Below, piece after piece: positions 1 to 12,200 of a stretch of 64,000 nt of DNA. A program made the translations under genes and the position numbers. The stretch spans positions 19,344,001-19,408,000 of the forward strand of contig NC_042997.1 in the NCBI RefSeq assembly GCF_006345805.1, in the 5' to 3' direction. Source of the DNA: Octopus sinensis (Eukaryota). The number at the start of each line of letters is the position of its first letter. The first letter of the stretch is position 1. The notes below the pieces were generated by a model. The model did no database searches. It was given only the letters and a program-made list of their open reading frames with translations, and had not been told where the DNA came from.

Positions 1-1146
1 CTCAAGAACACATGTGCATCTTAGCAAAACTAAGGTTTTTAATAGGATAATGTGTACATACACAACTGGGCCTCTTACTCTCTTTTCTCATCAAGCCTTG
101 CCCACCACCCCTCAACTCATTATCTCTGATCTCTCCATCCCTTAACTGCTGTATTTGGCTGCTCCAGTTAAATAAAGGTAGAACTACACATTTTATCATG
201 ATCTTTTTGTGTGATACCTATTAATTTTTCTTGCTACTCAGGACTATTTCACTTGACAGTCATCCTTCATTCTTCACTTTGTCTTTCTCTAATCAGATTT
301 TACATTGATTCTCCTAGTCTTCTATGTTACCAAATTATTTCCTCTCTCTCTCTCCACTGAACCACTTCCTACTGCCTTGTTCTTGTCATCCTACATCTCT
401 CACTCACCCCATGCTCAACATCTGTTTCTCCCTCTTTCAAATTACCAACTCACTCACCATCCTTCTTTGTGTCGTCCTTCTCCTGTCTATCTTATTACTA
501 CTGCTCTTCATCAATTCTGAACTGCCAGTCAGCACCTACACTACCCAACATTTTTTTTCCAACATATATATATCATCAACCACTCCCTCTCCCTCAACTG
601 TTATTCAACATCGAATATTCACTCCCTCACACCTACACCAGCTCTAACTATGTTTCTTGCAACATCAAATCCCTCCACCTTTTTGTTTTTTGTTTTCCAC
701 ACCAAGACACCTTTCTCTATTATACATTAACTTTCCAACTTCTGGCATAAGCTGCCTCTTATCTACTTTATTGCCTCTCAGTCAAGGTAACGTTTTAGTT
801 TTGCAAGTTACATCTCAACCTCACTAGGGCATGCCATAGAAAAACAAAAAGCAACCAGTATACTCTCTGTAAAGCAGTTGAAATGAGGAAGGGTATACAG
901 TTATAGAAAACTTGCCAAATCAGATATTAGAGGTCAACATAAAACCTCCAAAAGAGAGGATCTCATCATATTGTCCAACCCATGCTGGCAAATGATGAGG
1001 ATGATGATGATGATGATAATGGTGGTTGTGATAATGACGATGACAGTGATGAATGTATGTGTATACATGCAAACACAAGCATATATCTTTACACATATAT
1101 TTGTGCATTTGTGTATGTTAATGTATATCTGAATGTAGTAGTAGTA

Positions 1147-1528
1147 GGAGCACTCTGTCGGTTGCGACGATGAGGGTCCCAGCTGATACGATCAATGGAA
1201 CAGCTTGCTCGTGATATTAACGTGCAAGTGGCTGAGCACTCCACAGACACGTATACCCTTAACGTAGTTCTCAGGGATATTCAGCGTGACACACAGAATG
1301 TGACAAGGCTGGCCCTTTGAAATACAGGTACAACAGAAACAGGAAGAAAGAGCGAGAGAAAGTTGTGGTGAAAGAGTACAGCAGGGATCACCACCATCCC
1401 TGCCGGAGCCTCATGGAGCTTTAGATGTTTTCACTCAATAAACACTCACAATGCCCGGTCTGGGAATCGAAACCGCGATCCTCCGACCGCGAGTCCACTG
1501 CCCTAACCACTGGGCCATTGCGCCTCCA
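1147..1528 (-). mobile_element. tRNA-derived SINE (family A), full-length
   Basis: Reverse complement of 8033-8412. Head has A-box TGGCCCAGTGG and B-box GTTTCGATTCC; flanked by microsatellites. Confidence 0.9.
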
Positions 1529-1551
1529 CATATCTGAATGTATACATTTGA

Positions 1552-1619
<68 letters not shown>

Positions 1620-1749
1620 CTCATGTAAATATACATATATATTTATATGTACAGCATGATAATGGAGATAGGGTGGAGATAGGGAGGCAAATACAGTAAA
1701 ATATGCAATACAATTATTTTTAATAAATCCAAAACTATGTAGATTAGAG

Positions 1750-2310
1750 TTGATTAAATGAGCCCATTGATCAACAGGGGTTAATATCAGTAATAACAGT
1801 CTATCCAAAAGATCAATCTCACTGGTTATTTTCTGGGTGGTGGAGAGCTTCTCACTTATATTGATGGTGGACAATTGGTGTAGTTGCCATTGTATAAAAT
1901 GGTTCAATTCTACTCGCTCATTATCTTTAAGGTCAAGCTGAAGAATGAAATTTAAATGTCCAGCAATTTGCAAAGTGTCTGCTGATAATTATGGGAAGTA
2001 TACACTGTAATAAATGATAGCTGCCTGTTTCAATTACTGCAACAATAATAATTATACAAGTGGACCAGTCAGTGTGGGAATAAATCAGAAAGATACTGGT
2101 AAAAGACTTGCAAATAGCGAAAACTCTGCCAATGAATGTAAATTTGAACAGTAGTTACCTGAATTGTTAAGACAATTATTCAAGAGGCAAACATGCATTC
2201 AAGATTCCAGGATAATGATGGGGTTCCTTAATGAGGAATTTATGCTGGGAATGTTCATGAAGATTCTGCAGTTAAGGATCCAAATAGCATATGAGGAATG
2301 TATGCAAGAG
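1750..2310 (+). mobile_element. Highly decayed Helitron/PIF1-type helicase fragment
   Basis: Frameshifted pieces CIKWFNS..RMK, QQFAKCLLII.G and FLNEEFMLGMFMKILQLRIQ (2221-2285) follow the order of the Helitron helicase segments SxLW..NMR / FxxWLLxIG / FLNSLxxxGMPxHxLxLKxG. Many stops. Confidence 0.45.
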
Positions 2311-3454
2311 AAGGTAATAATCAACATTGTATTGTTGTAACATATCAATCAATAATTCTCAAAGCTTCTTATGATAGCAAGGAAAAGAATTGGTAACTTG
2401 CATAAGATGTAATAAATGGTAAGATGAAAGTGTGTGTGTGTGTGTGTGTAAATATAAAATGTATGTATGTATATGTGTGTGTTTGTAATGGTATGTATAT
2501 TTATGGATATATATATATATATATGCACACACATGTATGTATATGGAGAGACAGACAAATAGATTGATAGACACATATAGATACATGCACACATATATAC
2601 ATATGTGTGCATATTTGCATATATATACAGACACATACATATATTATTAATCAGTTGTAGGATTCGCAGAATCAAGATATTTTAATATTCAGGACACCAG
2701 GAAAGGGTCAAGTGTAGTACATTCATATAAGTACCACATGCATACCACGTGCATATGTACGTATACATAAATGCATGTAAGTTCACAATGTAATGCAAGT
2801 TTTAGATTGAACATAGGGAAGGTTTCAGGAATGGTGTTTGCATAAAAGAACGCAAATGTGTTTAGGGTTCACTACAGCTGTTTCTGATGCATATTTCATC
2901 AATGAAGAGTGAGAGCAAAACAAGAGTGAAAGGAGCAATTGAGGTGACAGAGGTGCTACGATGACTCAAGTGCCTATCATAATAAATACATGATTAAACA
3001 CACACACATACATCCATATGAGTCATGCACCTATACATTTATACATATACACTTACATATATAGACACACACATGTATATACACACATACATACACACAT
3101 ATACATTCACACACACACATATATATATATACGCGTACACAAATATCTATAAATTTAGACAGTACTCAATATATTTTCACTCTCTTTGATGATGACTAAC
3201 AAAGCGGGTTGTTGTACATCTTGTAATTTATTTTTCTAACTAAATTTTAATCACTTGATGGAAACTGTTCTTTTATGATGTAATTGTTGTAATAGAATTA
3301 TTCATCAATAAAAATGTAGTTGCAGGTTGAAATCATTACTTTGTGGCCAGCATAATAAAATAGAAGATTTTATATACATACTCAAAAACGTTTACTGTAA
3401 CTGGACTTAAAGGACATATATATATATATTATTATATATATATATATATGGAAA

Positions 3455-3970
3455 TATGCTGTGCTTGAGAAGCCTCAGCAAGCCCGAGTGAGACCATAAC
3501 CTTGTGGCCTATGCCAGGGGTGTAACCAGCCCACTTATGCATACCTTTCCTTCATTGGACACTAAACTCTGCTTGCGAAGACCTGTTCAGGCAAGTGAAA
3601 TCAAAATCAAATTCGATGACTGGCATCCATGCTAGTGGAGCGCTAAGAGTACCATATGCGCGTGATCATTGCCAGAGCAACAAACCGGCCTCCATGCCAG
3701 TGGCACATAAAAAGCACCATTTGAGCGTGATCGTTACCTGTGTCGCCTTACTGGCACATGAAAAAACATTCGAGCGAGGTTGTTGCCAGTGCCACTGGAC
3801 TGGCTCCCACTACATTCTCGGAGTGGTTGGCATTAGGAAGGGCATCCAGCTGTAGAAACTCTGCCAGATCAGATTGAAGTCTGGTGCAGCCATCTGGTTC
3901 ACCAGACCTCAGTCAAATCGTCCAACCCATGCTAGCATGGAAAGCGGACATTAAACGACGATGATGATGA
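3455..3970 (+). mobile_element. RTE LINE 3' end (3' UTR plus (TGA)n tail)
   Basis: Shares the terminal block GGAGTGGTTGGC.TTAGGAAGGGC.TCCAGC...CCAACCCATGCTAGCATGGAAA.CGGAC and the GAT tail with the RT-bearing copy at 39537-41346. Confidence 0.85.
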
Positions 3971-4084
3971 TATACACTCTGCCTTGGGAAAAATTATGAT
4001 TATATTCTTAAGGATATTAGTAATGCTGAAAACATCAAAACTGAACTAGGCAACTGAATATAGGTAGTTGATAAAATCTAGCTA

Positions 4085-4465
4085 CTTGAGAGGCTCAAAG
4101 TATGGCATCATACCTGGGCTCTAGTGGCCATGTTTGCTTTATGACTTTTCCATGATTCAGGAAGAGGCAATGGAAATGCCGTGCAATTTATATGAAGGTG
4201 TCTGGGTGTTTCTCTAAATGTCAGCTCAGTCTATGTGTACAGTAATACTTTTAAGCGTTGCATAACAAGCTCATTGGTGATGAAGGAATTCAAAGACTCA
4301 AAGCATGAACGATCACCAAATTGCTTCTTTCTGGGGATGAGAAAGTCAGACACATCAACAAGACCAGAAAGTGTGGCAGCAAATGGAAATCTCAGGAAGC
4401 TGTGAAATAAGCAGAGACATATTGGAAACACCAGGAGATTGTGGGAGAAGTTTGACAATGATGGT
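4085..4465 (+). mobile_element. Hero/NeSL-like (RLE-class) non-LTR retrotransposon fragment, post-RT region
   Basis: Decayed translation YGIIPGL*WPCLLYDF ... SSLV.KEFK ... SGDEKVRH ... KWKSQEAVK*AETYWKHQEIVGEV resembles the post-RT block of Hero-type elements (LLWPLLLY / SLVEEFK / GRKWxAxxAVxxAExRLxHxxIVG). Confidence 0.6.
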
Positions 4466-4689
4466 CAGATAAAATGGACGTGTTGCATGTCTAGGTATGC
4501 TTGACCAGTAAAAGTACCTTCAAAGAAAAACATAGTTCAATTAAACACCTTTATGACACTCCACACCAGACATAGAGCTTTAGTAAATCAACTGCTTTGT
4601 CCACATGCAAGCAAGGTTTTTCTGGTATCAGGTAAACACAAATATGTCAGTTCACTGTTCTGTTTAGCTAATATTGCACTTCGTCAGAT

Positions 4690-4950
4690 CATACAGTCGT
4701 CTTTACAAACTTTTCACCATGAATCCATGAAATTTTCAGGCCATAAAAAGGCAAAAATGCTAAAAGTAACTTTGTATTAATCTAAGAAGTGTCTGGAAGC
4801 TAATGGCTACCACTTCGAGCACCTCTTGCATCTGGAGAGATTAAAGGTAACTTGTATTAATCCTGCAATGTCCAAATAAATTTAGTTTCAAAATATTTCT
4901 ACACATTTTTCTTTTTTTGAAGTGTTTATACGTTTTTTTATGGACTATAT
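4690..4950 (+). mobile_element. Tc1/mariner transposase C-terminal relic
   Basis: KKCLEANGYHFEHLL (4784-4828) matches the typical C-terminal CxxxNGxHFEHLL motif; ends next to a (TA)n run. Confidence 0.4.
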
Positions 4951-5060
4951 ATATATGTAAAAATTTGCACAAACAGTGGAACCAATTTGAAAATCATAAC
5001 AATGTAAATGTAATACAGCAAAGTTTCACTATTTTTTCTTTAGATTTTTTTCTTTAGTAG

Positions 5061-5189
5061 GAATCTTCTCAAAAATTGCAGCGGAAGAAAGGACGAAAGC
5101 GAGATAGAAACCTATGGCGGCATGTTTATGATTTGCTCATAGAACAAGAGATATCGCCCATGAACAGCAGAATGGTTGATTGGTGGGAA
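5061..5189 (+). CDS. Candidate coding exon, unidentified (ESSQKLQRKKGRKRDRNLWRHVYDLLIEQEISPMNSRMVDWWE)
   Basis: Strong polypyrimidine tract ending TTTAGTAG (5047-5060) and only one open frame. The donor GAA|GTATCT is weak and no family is recognised. Confidence 0.3.
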
Positions 5190-5801
5190 GTATCTACATA
5201 TTATTTCATTTAGGGCCCATGCCTCAAGAGGAAGTAGTTAATATTTCTGTCTTCTTCATACTTCTTCTTACTCTCTTTCTCTTTTGAATTGTAATATTTC
5301 AGAAAGACTCTGTGGAGTAAGATATTTAAAAGAAAATAAAACTCTGTTTTATTAAAACACCATTGGTATGGATTTCAAATGAATTGAATATTTTTGATTC
5401 AATGCTTCAAAATAATTATATATAAATAAGTAAATATATATATCTTGTGTATAATGTTGGATGTACAACTACTACCACATAAATTATTATCATTCAATCA
5501 GTTTCCAGTATAGTGGTTTCTGTACCACTAAATAGTGTTACTAGAAGTAATTTATACTTGCAATTATCCCAAATTTATCATATATGTATATATATATATG
5601 GCTGAAATTGCATTTGACCCTCTGGCTGATAGCTGATGAACAATCAGTGACCTTCTTTGTTTTCTGTTTGCCTGTGTATTTAGTATATATTCGTTTGTAT
5701 ATTTACTACACATCTTCTTTTAATTATATATATAGGTATGTCATATTTTCCATTTGTTGTCTTTTTATTTAATCCTGAAAAAAATATGTATATATTGTAT
5801 G

Positions 5802-5834
<33 letters not shown>

Positions 5835-5875
5835 ACACATACATATATGTGTGTGTGCATAAATTTATTAAGCAA

Positions 5876-6560
5876 TCATCATCATTGTTTAATGTAAATT
5901 TTCCATGCTGGAAAGGGTTGGATGGTTTGACATGGAGCTGGCTAGTAGGGATCTGTCCAGACTCCAACTGTCTGTTGTGACATGGTTCCTACAACTGGAT
6001 GCCCTTCCTAACACCAACCACTTAACAGAGTGTGCTGGGTGCATATACACATCACCGGCATGGGTGCGTTAATGCAGCATCAGCACGGGTACTTTGTAAG
6101 TGGCACTGGTACCTGAAAGGACAAGCCTGTATGTATGAAAACAGTAATTTCACTTGATGCATCTTACCAAGTGCAAAAGAATCATCTTCTGGTCCCTTGT
6201 CATTACCCCAGTGAGGCCCAGTGTGCAAAGATCCTTTTTCACCACTGTTCCATGTCTTCTAGGTACCCTCCCCAACTATAACTTGGCCCTTAATACAGCT
6301 GTCCTCATCCATACACATCACATGACCAAACCACAGGTACCCTCCCCAATTAGAACTTTGCACTTCTTTAAACCGCTGTCCTCATCCACACACATCACGT
6401 GACCAAACCAGTGCAATCTCCTCTGATGTCTCTAATACCCAATTTTCCTCTTAAATCATTTACAATCTGCTGTGCATGCACACTGACATTACCCACCCAG
6501 TAGAGCATGCTAGTTTCATTTCTTTCAAGCCTCTACAAGTCAAAGCCTATGTTTCACTGC
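5876..6560 (-). mobile_element. RTE LINE 3' fragment (ORF2 C-terminus plus 3' UTR)
   Basis: (CAT)n tail at 5876, RTE terminal block and decayed C-terminal coding sequence; internal ~76-bp tandem duplication around 6262-6411. Confidence 0.8.
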
Positions 6561-6908
6561 AATATTTTTTAATATTGTTGATCAGCATATTGAAAAACAA
6601 AAAATATCATTTCCTGTTAGTGGACTTTATTAATTTATAATGATAATATTGACTTTGCTGGGAACTCTGGCTTCACTTTTAATGGATTATTTAACTAGAC
6701 TGGTTGAAAAAGCCATTAAAGGTGAGCCACGAGATCCTAGTGCAATCATTACTATCCAAGCATGGCTGTGTGCATAAGAATCTTGCTTCCCAACCATTTG
6801 GCCTTGGGTATAGTTCCACTTTGGGCAAGTGTCTTTTACTATAGCCTTGAGAATCGAGTTTATACACACACACACACACAACACACACACACACACACAC
6901 ACATATAC

Positions 6909-7008
6909 AACAAAAGCTGTTACTCAGAGTTTCATGTTCTCATTCGCATTCGTCGGACAGTTTTGTTCGATGAACAGGAACATGAAACTCTGAGTAATAG
7001 CTTTTGTT
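6909..7008. repeat. 100-nt palindrome carrying divergent hammerhead-like cores
   Basis: 31-bp arms (6909-6939 / 6978-7008) plus an 11-bp inner stem (6949-6959 / 6964-6974). All three mismatches within the paired stems are G-T on the + strand. Confidence 0.9.
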
Positions 7009-7132
7009 ATATTTCTGCTGCTTTCGAATAAAGGATATTACTCTACCTCTGGTATTTAAGTACTCTTTTTTCCACCTTGTTTCGCATTTATGTGCTTACA
7101 ACGGTTCATATATATATATATATATATATATA

Positions 7133-7912
7133 CAGAGAGTGGTGAATCAGCTGTCATCTAAATTATGCAAAAATGGAAATAATACTGAGAACTCATTTTA
7201 AGAGATATATTTACCAAAATTACATAAAAATATCTTGAAATACTAAAGAGTAAATTTATTTAACAATATCGCCAAAGGCTTCAACCACAGCCCCTAAACA
7301 ACTTAGGAATCTCCTGCAATTCTTCTGAATGGTCTCCTTGTTTAAGTTGGTCAATGCCACCCTAATCCTTGCCTTCAGTTCATCTTTGGTTTTACAAGTT
7401 CTGTTGGTCTCTCGCTCAACTGCACCCCACATATAACAATCAAGATGTTGCAGTCTGGGTAGTTAGGTGGCCAGCTGTTAGGAGTGATGTCATCAAAGAA
7501 ATGTCTGTCAGCCATGACTGGGTTCTCCTGCTTGTGTGGCATGGTGCAGAGTTCTGTTGCCAGATATAGGGTCTTCCAGCAGCCACTCTTTTCACCCAGA
7601 GCAGCACTACTTCCTCCAGACTGAGTCTGAAGCCATGTGGGTAGCTGAATGGAGGGATAACATCGCTAGCACTTGTGATCACTCCAAATACCACGATGTT
7701 GACTGGATGTTTGGTTTTTATCACTCTCAGTACATGTTCTCAGATTACACTATCCTCAGATTGACACCTGAACACTCTGAAATGTTCATATTGGAGCTTC
7801 TTGCTCAAATCTCAAGCAGTACAGCATACCATTTCAAAATTTTTGGCCGAGCGAATTGTGCAACGATGCTGTTTTTCTCACAGATGGTATTACACTCACC
7901 CTATTATTCTGT
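7133..7912 (-). mobile_element. Tc1/mariner (maT/DD37D-like) internally deleted relic
   Basis: KTKHPVNIVVFGVITS..VIPPF..PHG..LEEVVLLWVKRVAAGRPYIWQQNSAPCHTSRRTQSWL (7440-7724), followed by a decayed SPD.N/C-terminal block. Left end is TA|CAG next to (TA)n. Confidence 0.85.
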
Positions 7913-8032
7913 GTAATCAACAAAATCAAAAACAAACAATGTGCATGCAGGAAATAAAAATATATAAAGGCAACAATTTACCCATCTCACATATATATAT
8001 ATATGTGTGTGTGTGTGTGTATACACAGTATT

Positions 8033-8412
8033 TGGAGGCGCAATGGCCCAGTGGTTAGGGCAGTGGACTCGCGGTCGTAGGATCGCGGTTTCGATTCCCA
8101 GACTAGGCATTGTGAGTGTTTATTGAGCGAAAACACCTAAAGCTTCACGAGGCTCCGGCAGGGGGGGGGGTGAACCCTGCTGTACTCTTTCACCACAACT
8201 TTCTCTCACTCTTTCTTCCTGCTTCTGTTGTACCTGTATTTCAAAGGGCCAGCCTTGTCACACTCTGTGTCACGCTGAATATCCTTGAGAACTACATTAA
8301 GGGTACACGTCTCTGTGGAGTGCTCAGCCACTTGCACGTTAATTCCATGAGCAGGCTGTTCCATTGATCGTATCAGCTGGGACCCTCATCGTTGTAACCG
8401 ACGGAGTGCTCC
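8033..8412 (+). mobile_element. tRNA-derived SINE (family A), full-length
   Basis: Pol III A/B boxes; near-identical inverted copy at 1147-1528. Confidence 0.9.
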
Positions 8413-8521
8413 TATATATACACAGTATTTAAATAAGAGCTATTAATAGTTTCATGCCATGTAAACACAATAATTAAGCAGATTTGTATAATGTGCCTTG
8501 TGTCTCCATGCAATCTTTCAG

Positions 8522-8713
8522 GCTCAATGTACATGGTCTGTCCTATTTGAAAACCAGGACACTGGTCTGTGGGAAAACAAATCAAACACGACAGTTGGTG
8601 CAAAAGAAAAGAAGATTGATGAAATAAGAAGACAAAGGGTGAATAAAAACAGAAAAGGAAAGGGAAGAAATGAAAGAAAACCAAGAATTGTTTCCTCTTT
8701 GTTTGGACAATGA
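8522..8713 (+). CDS. Candidate coding exon, in phase with 5061-5189 (AQCTWSVLFENQDTGLWENK...)
   Basis: Acceptor TCTTTCAG| at 8521, phase 0. Either ends at stop 8711-8713 or uses donor AGG|GTGAAT at 8638. Unidentified. Confidence 0.25.
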   Translation, partial: AQCTWSVLFENQDTGLWENKSNTTVGAKEKKIDEIRRQRVNKNRKGKGRNERKPRIVSSLFGQ

Positions 8714-9592
8714 ATGTTTCAGTAGTGAGGAAGTCAAAGTCTGTGAGACAGAGACTCGATCTGGAGAGAGTGGTGTCCTCCAGTTTGACAAAAGAAATTT
8801 GTCCATGTGCTTTCATTAGCAGAAAATTTTGGGTTCTGGAATAAATTAGTGTGGTGAAATTCTTGGATCTAAAAAGAATGTGTGGGCTTTCAGGTATACA
8901 TAGCTTGCATTACTTTGATCAATTTACATATTGCATAGATTACTCCATGATTCTTGACTTAGAAAAAGGCAAAATAATAACCACAGCCAAAGAATGTCCA
9001 AGAATAAAATTAAAACACTGATGGCAAAACTTTCCTTAGCTTTTCAAATCAAAATTTTTTCATAAATTATTTAGTAGGGTGTTATTCTATATATGCATGC
9101 ATTTTAATTTTCAGTAACTGTTTATATTTAAACTATTTTATAATATGGTATCATCAAGCAATTTTCTTTCAATGTCCAATACATATCACCTAAAACCTAC
9201 ATCTCACCACTGACATACCTGTTACTGGTCTACCATCACTGAACTTAGTTGATGACCTAGAGTACATAATATAATATAAGTGTGTTAATATGTTTTAGAT
9301 GTTTTGTAGGGGCTGGGGATAGATTGGCAGAATCAGAAGAGTCTTGGAGAAAAATGGTATGTTGTATCTAGTTGCTTACCTTTACATTCTGAATTCAAAT
9401 GCTGCTGTGCTCAACTTTGCTTTTCATATTTTTAATTAGCTAAATATTGGAGTTGATTTCATTAACTTGACTTTCTTTCAAAATTTGAGATTCTGTGTCT
9501 TAGAAATTCATGTTAAAAAAAATATATATTTTAGCAAATGAATGGTGGTAGGTTGGTAGAATTGGTAGAACAATTCTACTAACAATTCTAGA

Positions 9593-9826
9593 AGGCAGCA
9601 AGCTGGCAGAAGTGTTAGCATACCAGGCGAAATGCTTATCAGTATTTCGTCTGCTGTTATGTTCTGAGTTCAAATTCTGCCGAGGTCGACTTTGCCTTTC
9701 ATCCTTTCGGGGTCGATAAATTAAGTACCAGTTACGCACTGGGGTCGATCTAATCGACTTAATCCCTTTGTCTGTCCTTGTTTGTCCCCTCTATGTTTAA
9801 CCCCTTGTGGGCAATAAAGAAATAAG
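9593..9826 (+). mobile_element. tRNA-derived SINE (family B)
   Basis: Head GCTGGCAGAA..TTAGC...GTTCAAATTC and central block GACTTTGCCTTTCATCCTTTCGGGGTCGATAAATTAAGTACCAG; same family as 49825-50053 and 61344-61575. Confidence 0.9.
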
Positions 9827-11964
9827 AATTGTTAGAACAATAGATGATTTCCCTTGTGATATTTATTTACATCTCTATATTCTGTTTCTGATTTGCACCA
9901 ATGTCAACTCTGTTTTTCATCCTTCTAAGAAGATAAAATAAAACACCAGTCATGTACTGGGGTTGACATAATCAACTTATTTTCTCTCCATAAAATATAT
10001 GACTTTGTATCAGTGTTAGAAATTAACATATTCTACCATATTCTGTTAAGCAGTAATGTTGCATTTTAGTAGAAGGTGTCTTTTTCTAGTATATTTTTTT
10101 GTTTGACTATTATATATTTTTTGTTACCATTGTTACCATTATATATTGTTTTGGAACTCATATGGACAGTATACTTAATACACCACTTGGTTAAATACTA
10201 CTGTCTGGTCATTGAGTACCTTCAACAAAGTTCTCTCTTTTACAAACATATTTAGACTAGACCCTTGCTTCCTTCCCAACCACACTTTCCCTGCAGACAT
10301 AGAGCTGTAGATTTTGAGGCTGAGTAAAGGTCACTTCAAATTCACCATTCTGTGAAAGCTTGCAAACTTCATGATCACTGTCTCACTCTCTCTCTGACTA
10401 AATAAAAAGAAATAATTTTTATAACTTCTAATATTTGTGGATTGTTACAGTAAACATTGCAGTAGCTGGTGGTCATTCACTTTGATTTTCATTGCAAACA
10501 AGACATGATCATGTGATTAAAAAGTTTTCTTTACAACTAGACAGTTCCAAATCAATTTCTTGTTATCTAGCATAATCATGTGAGTGAAACTAGGTAGATA
10601 GGAACACTAGAAAACTGTCATATACATTTATATGTGTATGTTCTGTGAGTATGTCTTGTGTGTGTGTGTGTATTCTGTGTGTATCAACAGTTTACTTTAC
10701 AAAAGGTTTCCCAGACACAGAAAGCATTTGATGCTTTAATATTGAAACTGAGGTCAGATATTTTTTTGCTTCTATGAAACATTTAGTAATGCAAATTTTA
10801 ATCACACCATTGATACAAATAATTAATATTTCCCATATGTGCTCAGTGTTCATTTTCTTTCGTTTGTACACCTATTTGTATATGTGTGGATATGTGTGTA
10901 TGTATGTGCGTGTGCATGCCTGTTTGCATGTGCGTATGTGTGTGTATCTGTGTGTGTGTGTGTGTGCATGTATGTGTAAATGTATATTAGCAAGTAAAGT
11001 GATAAACCAATGTGCTTAACAAAAAAAAAACCCTTGTGTTATTATGTATTCTGTCCAAGCTACATAGACAGCTTCTTATCTCTCTCACCATCAGAAATCC
11101 AGTGAATCAGTGAGTGGCCCATTGGGAACCCATAAATCAATGACACTATTGTTCACAAAATGCATGATACATGAAAAAAAAACAAAACAAAGGATAATAC
11201 CTATGAAGGGCTACTCTATATCAGCCAAGAGATTGGTGCAGCTGATATGTAAATGATGAAAAACATAAAAGCAAAAAAAAAAAAAAAATCAATTCTATAT
11301 ATTATGTGCAAACATACAATACTATTGTATAAAAATTAATTCTGTTACCTTGGAGAAAGGAGAATCAGTTAGATGATTAAGGAGATGGTTTACTGACTAA
11401 AAAGCTTCAAAGTTGAAATGATACCATTGCCATTGACATTATACTATGCACTTGAGCACATTATATTATTCCATTTGTCTTCAGTTTACGAAAAGAAAGC
11501 TTTGTCAAAAACTCTTCTTCATTATTGTTATATCAATAAAAAAAGATTAAAAAATATTGTAGTTTCACTTTTTTTTTCTGTGGCTGATTGGAAACTATCG
11601 GCTGGCATTTGTTCTTCAACAGAAAGTTTCAGTGCAATTTTTGTTACTTAGAGAACCTTTCCTTGAACTCTCTGCTATGGACAGCTTCCCCAGTTAGTCA
11701 CCTCAAACATACAAAGCAACAGCTAATATTTCGAGGTGATAAAAGAGTTTGGCTGCAATGGCATCTGATTAGTAGTTAGACAGATTTCCCAAAAGGGCAC
11801 CCATCAAAGTACAAGTCAAACATTAATCTGCCGAACTTTGGTGAACTGTTCGGATCAAGGCTTTTCAATGATGATTGATGATTTGTCATAATACTTGTGT
11901 GTATGTATGAGCATGTTTATATGAATATATAAATGCACGTGTCTAGTTACAGTATGCAAGCAAA

Positions 11965-12041
11965 CATATAATATATATATATATATTATATATATATATA
12001 TATATATGCATATACATATACACACACATATGTATATATAT

Positions 12042-12090
<49 letters not shown>

Positions 12091-12109
12091 GTGTGTGTAT
12101 ATGTATATG

Positions 12110-12144
<35 letters not shown>

Positions 12145-12200
12145 TATATATGTGTGTGTGTATATGTATATGCATATATATATATATATATATATATATG
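11965..12200. repeat. Compound (TA)n/(TG)n microsatellite
   Basis: Directly visible; source of the spurious Ile/Tyr ORFs. Confidence 0.95.

Noticed and set aside
8033-8105. tRNA gene (also other SINE heads)
   Set aside because: A/B boxes are present but there is no acceptor-stem closure, and the sequence continues into a SINE body.
11740-11860. Cyclophilin-like peptide FGRLMFDLYFDGCP on the minus strand
   Set aside because: Short, ends in a stop, no supporting splice sites or further exons.
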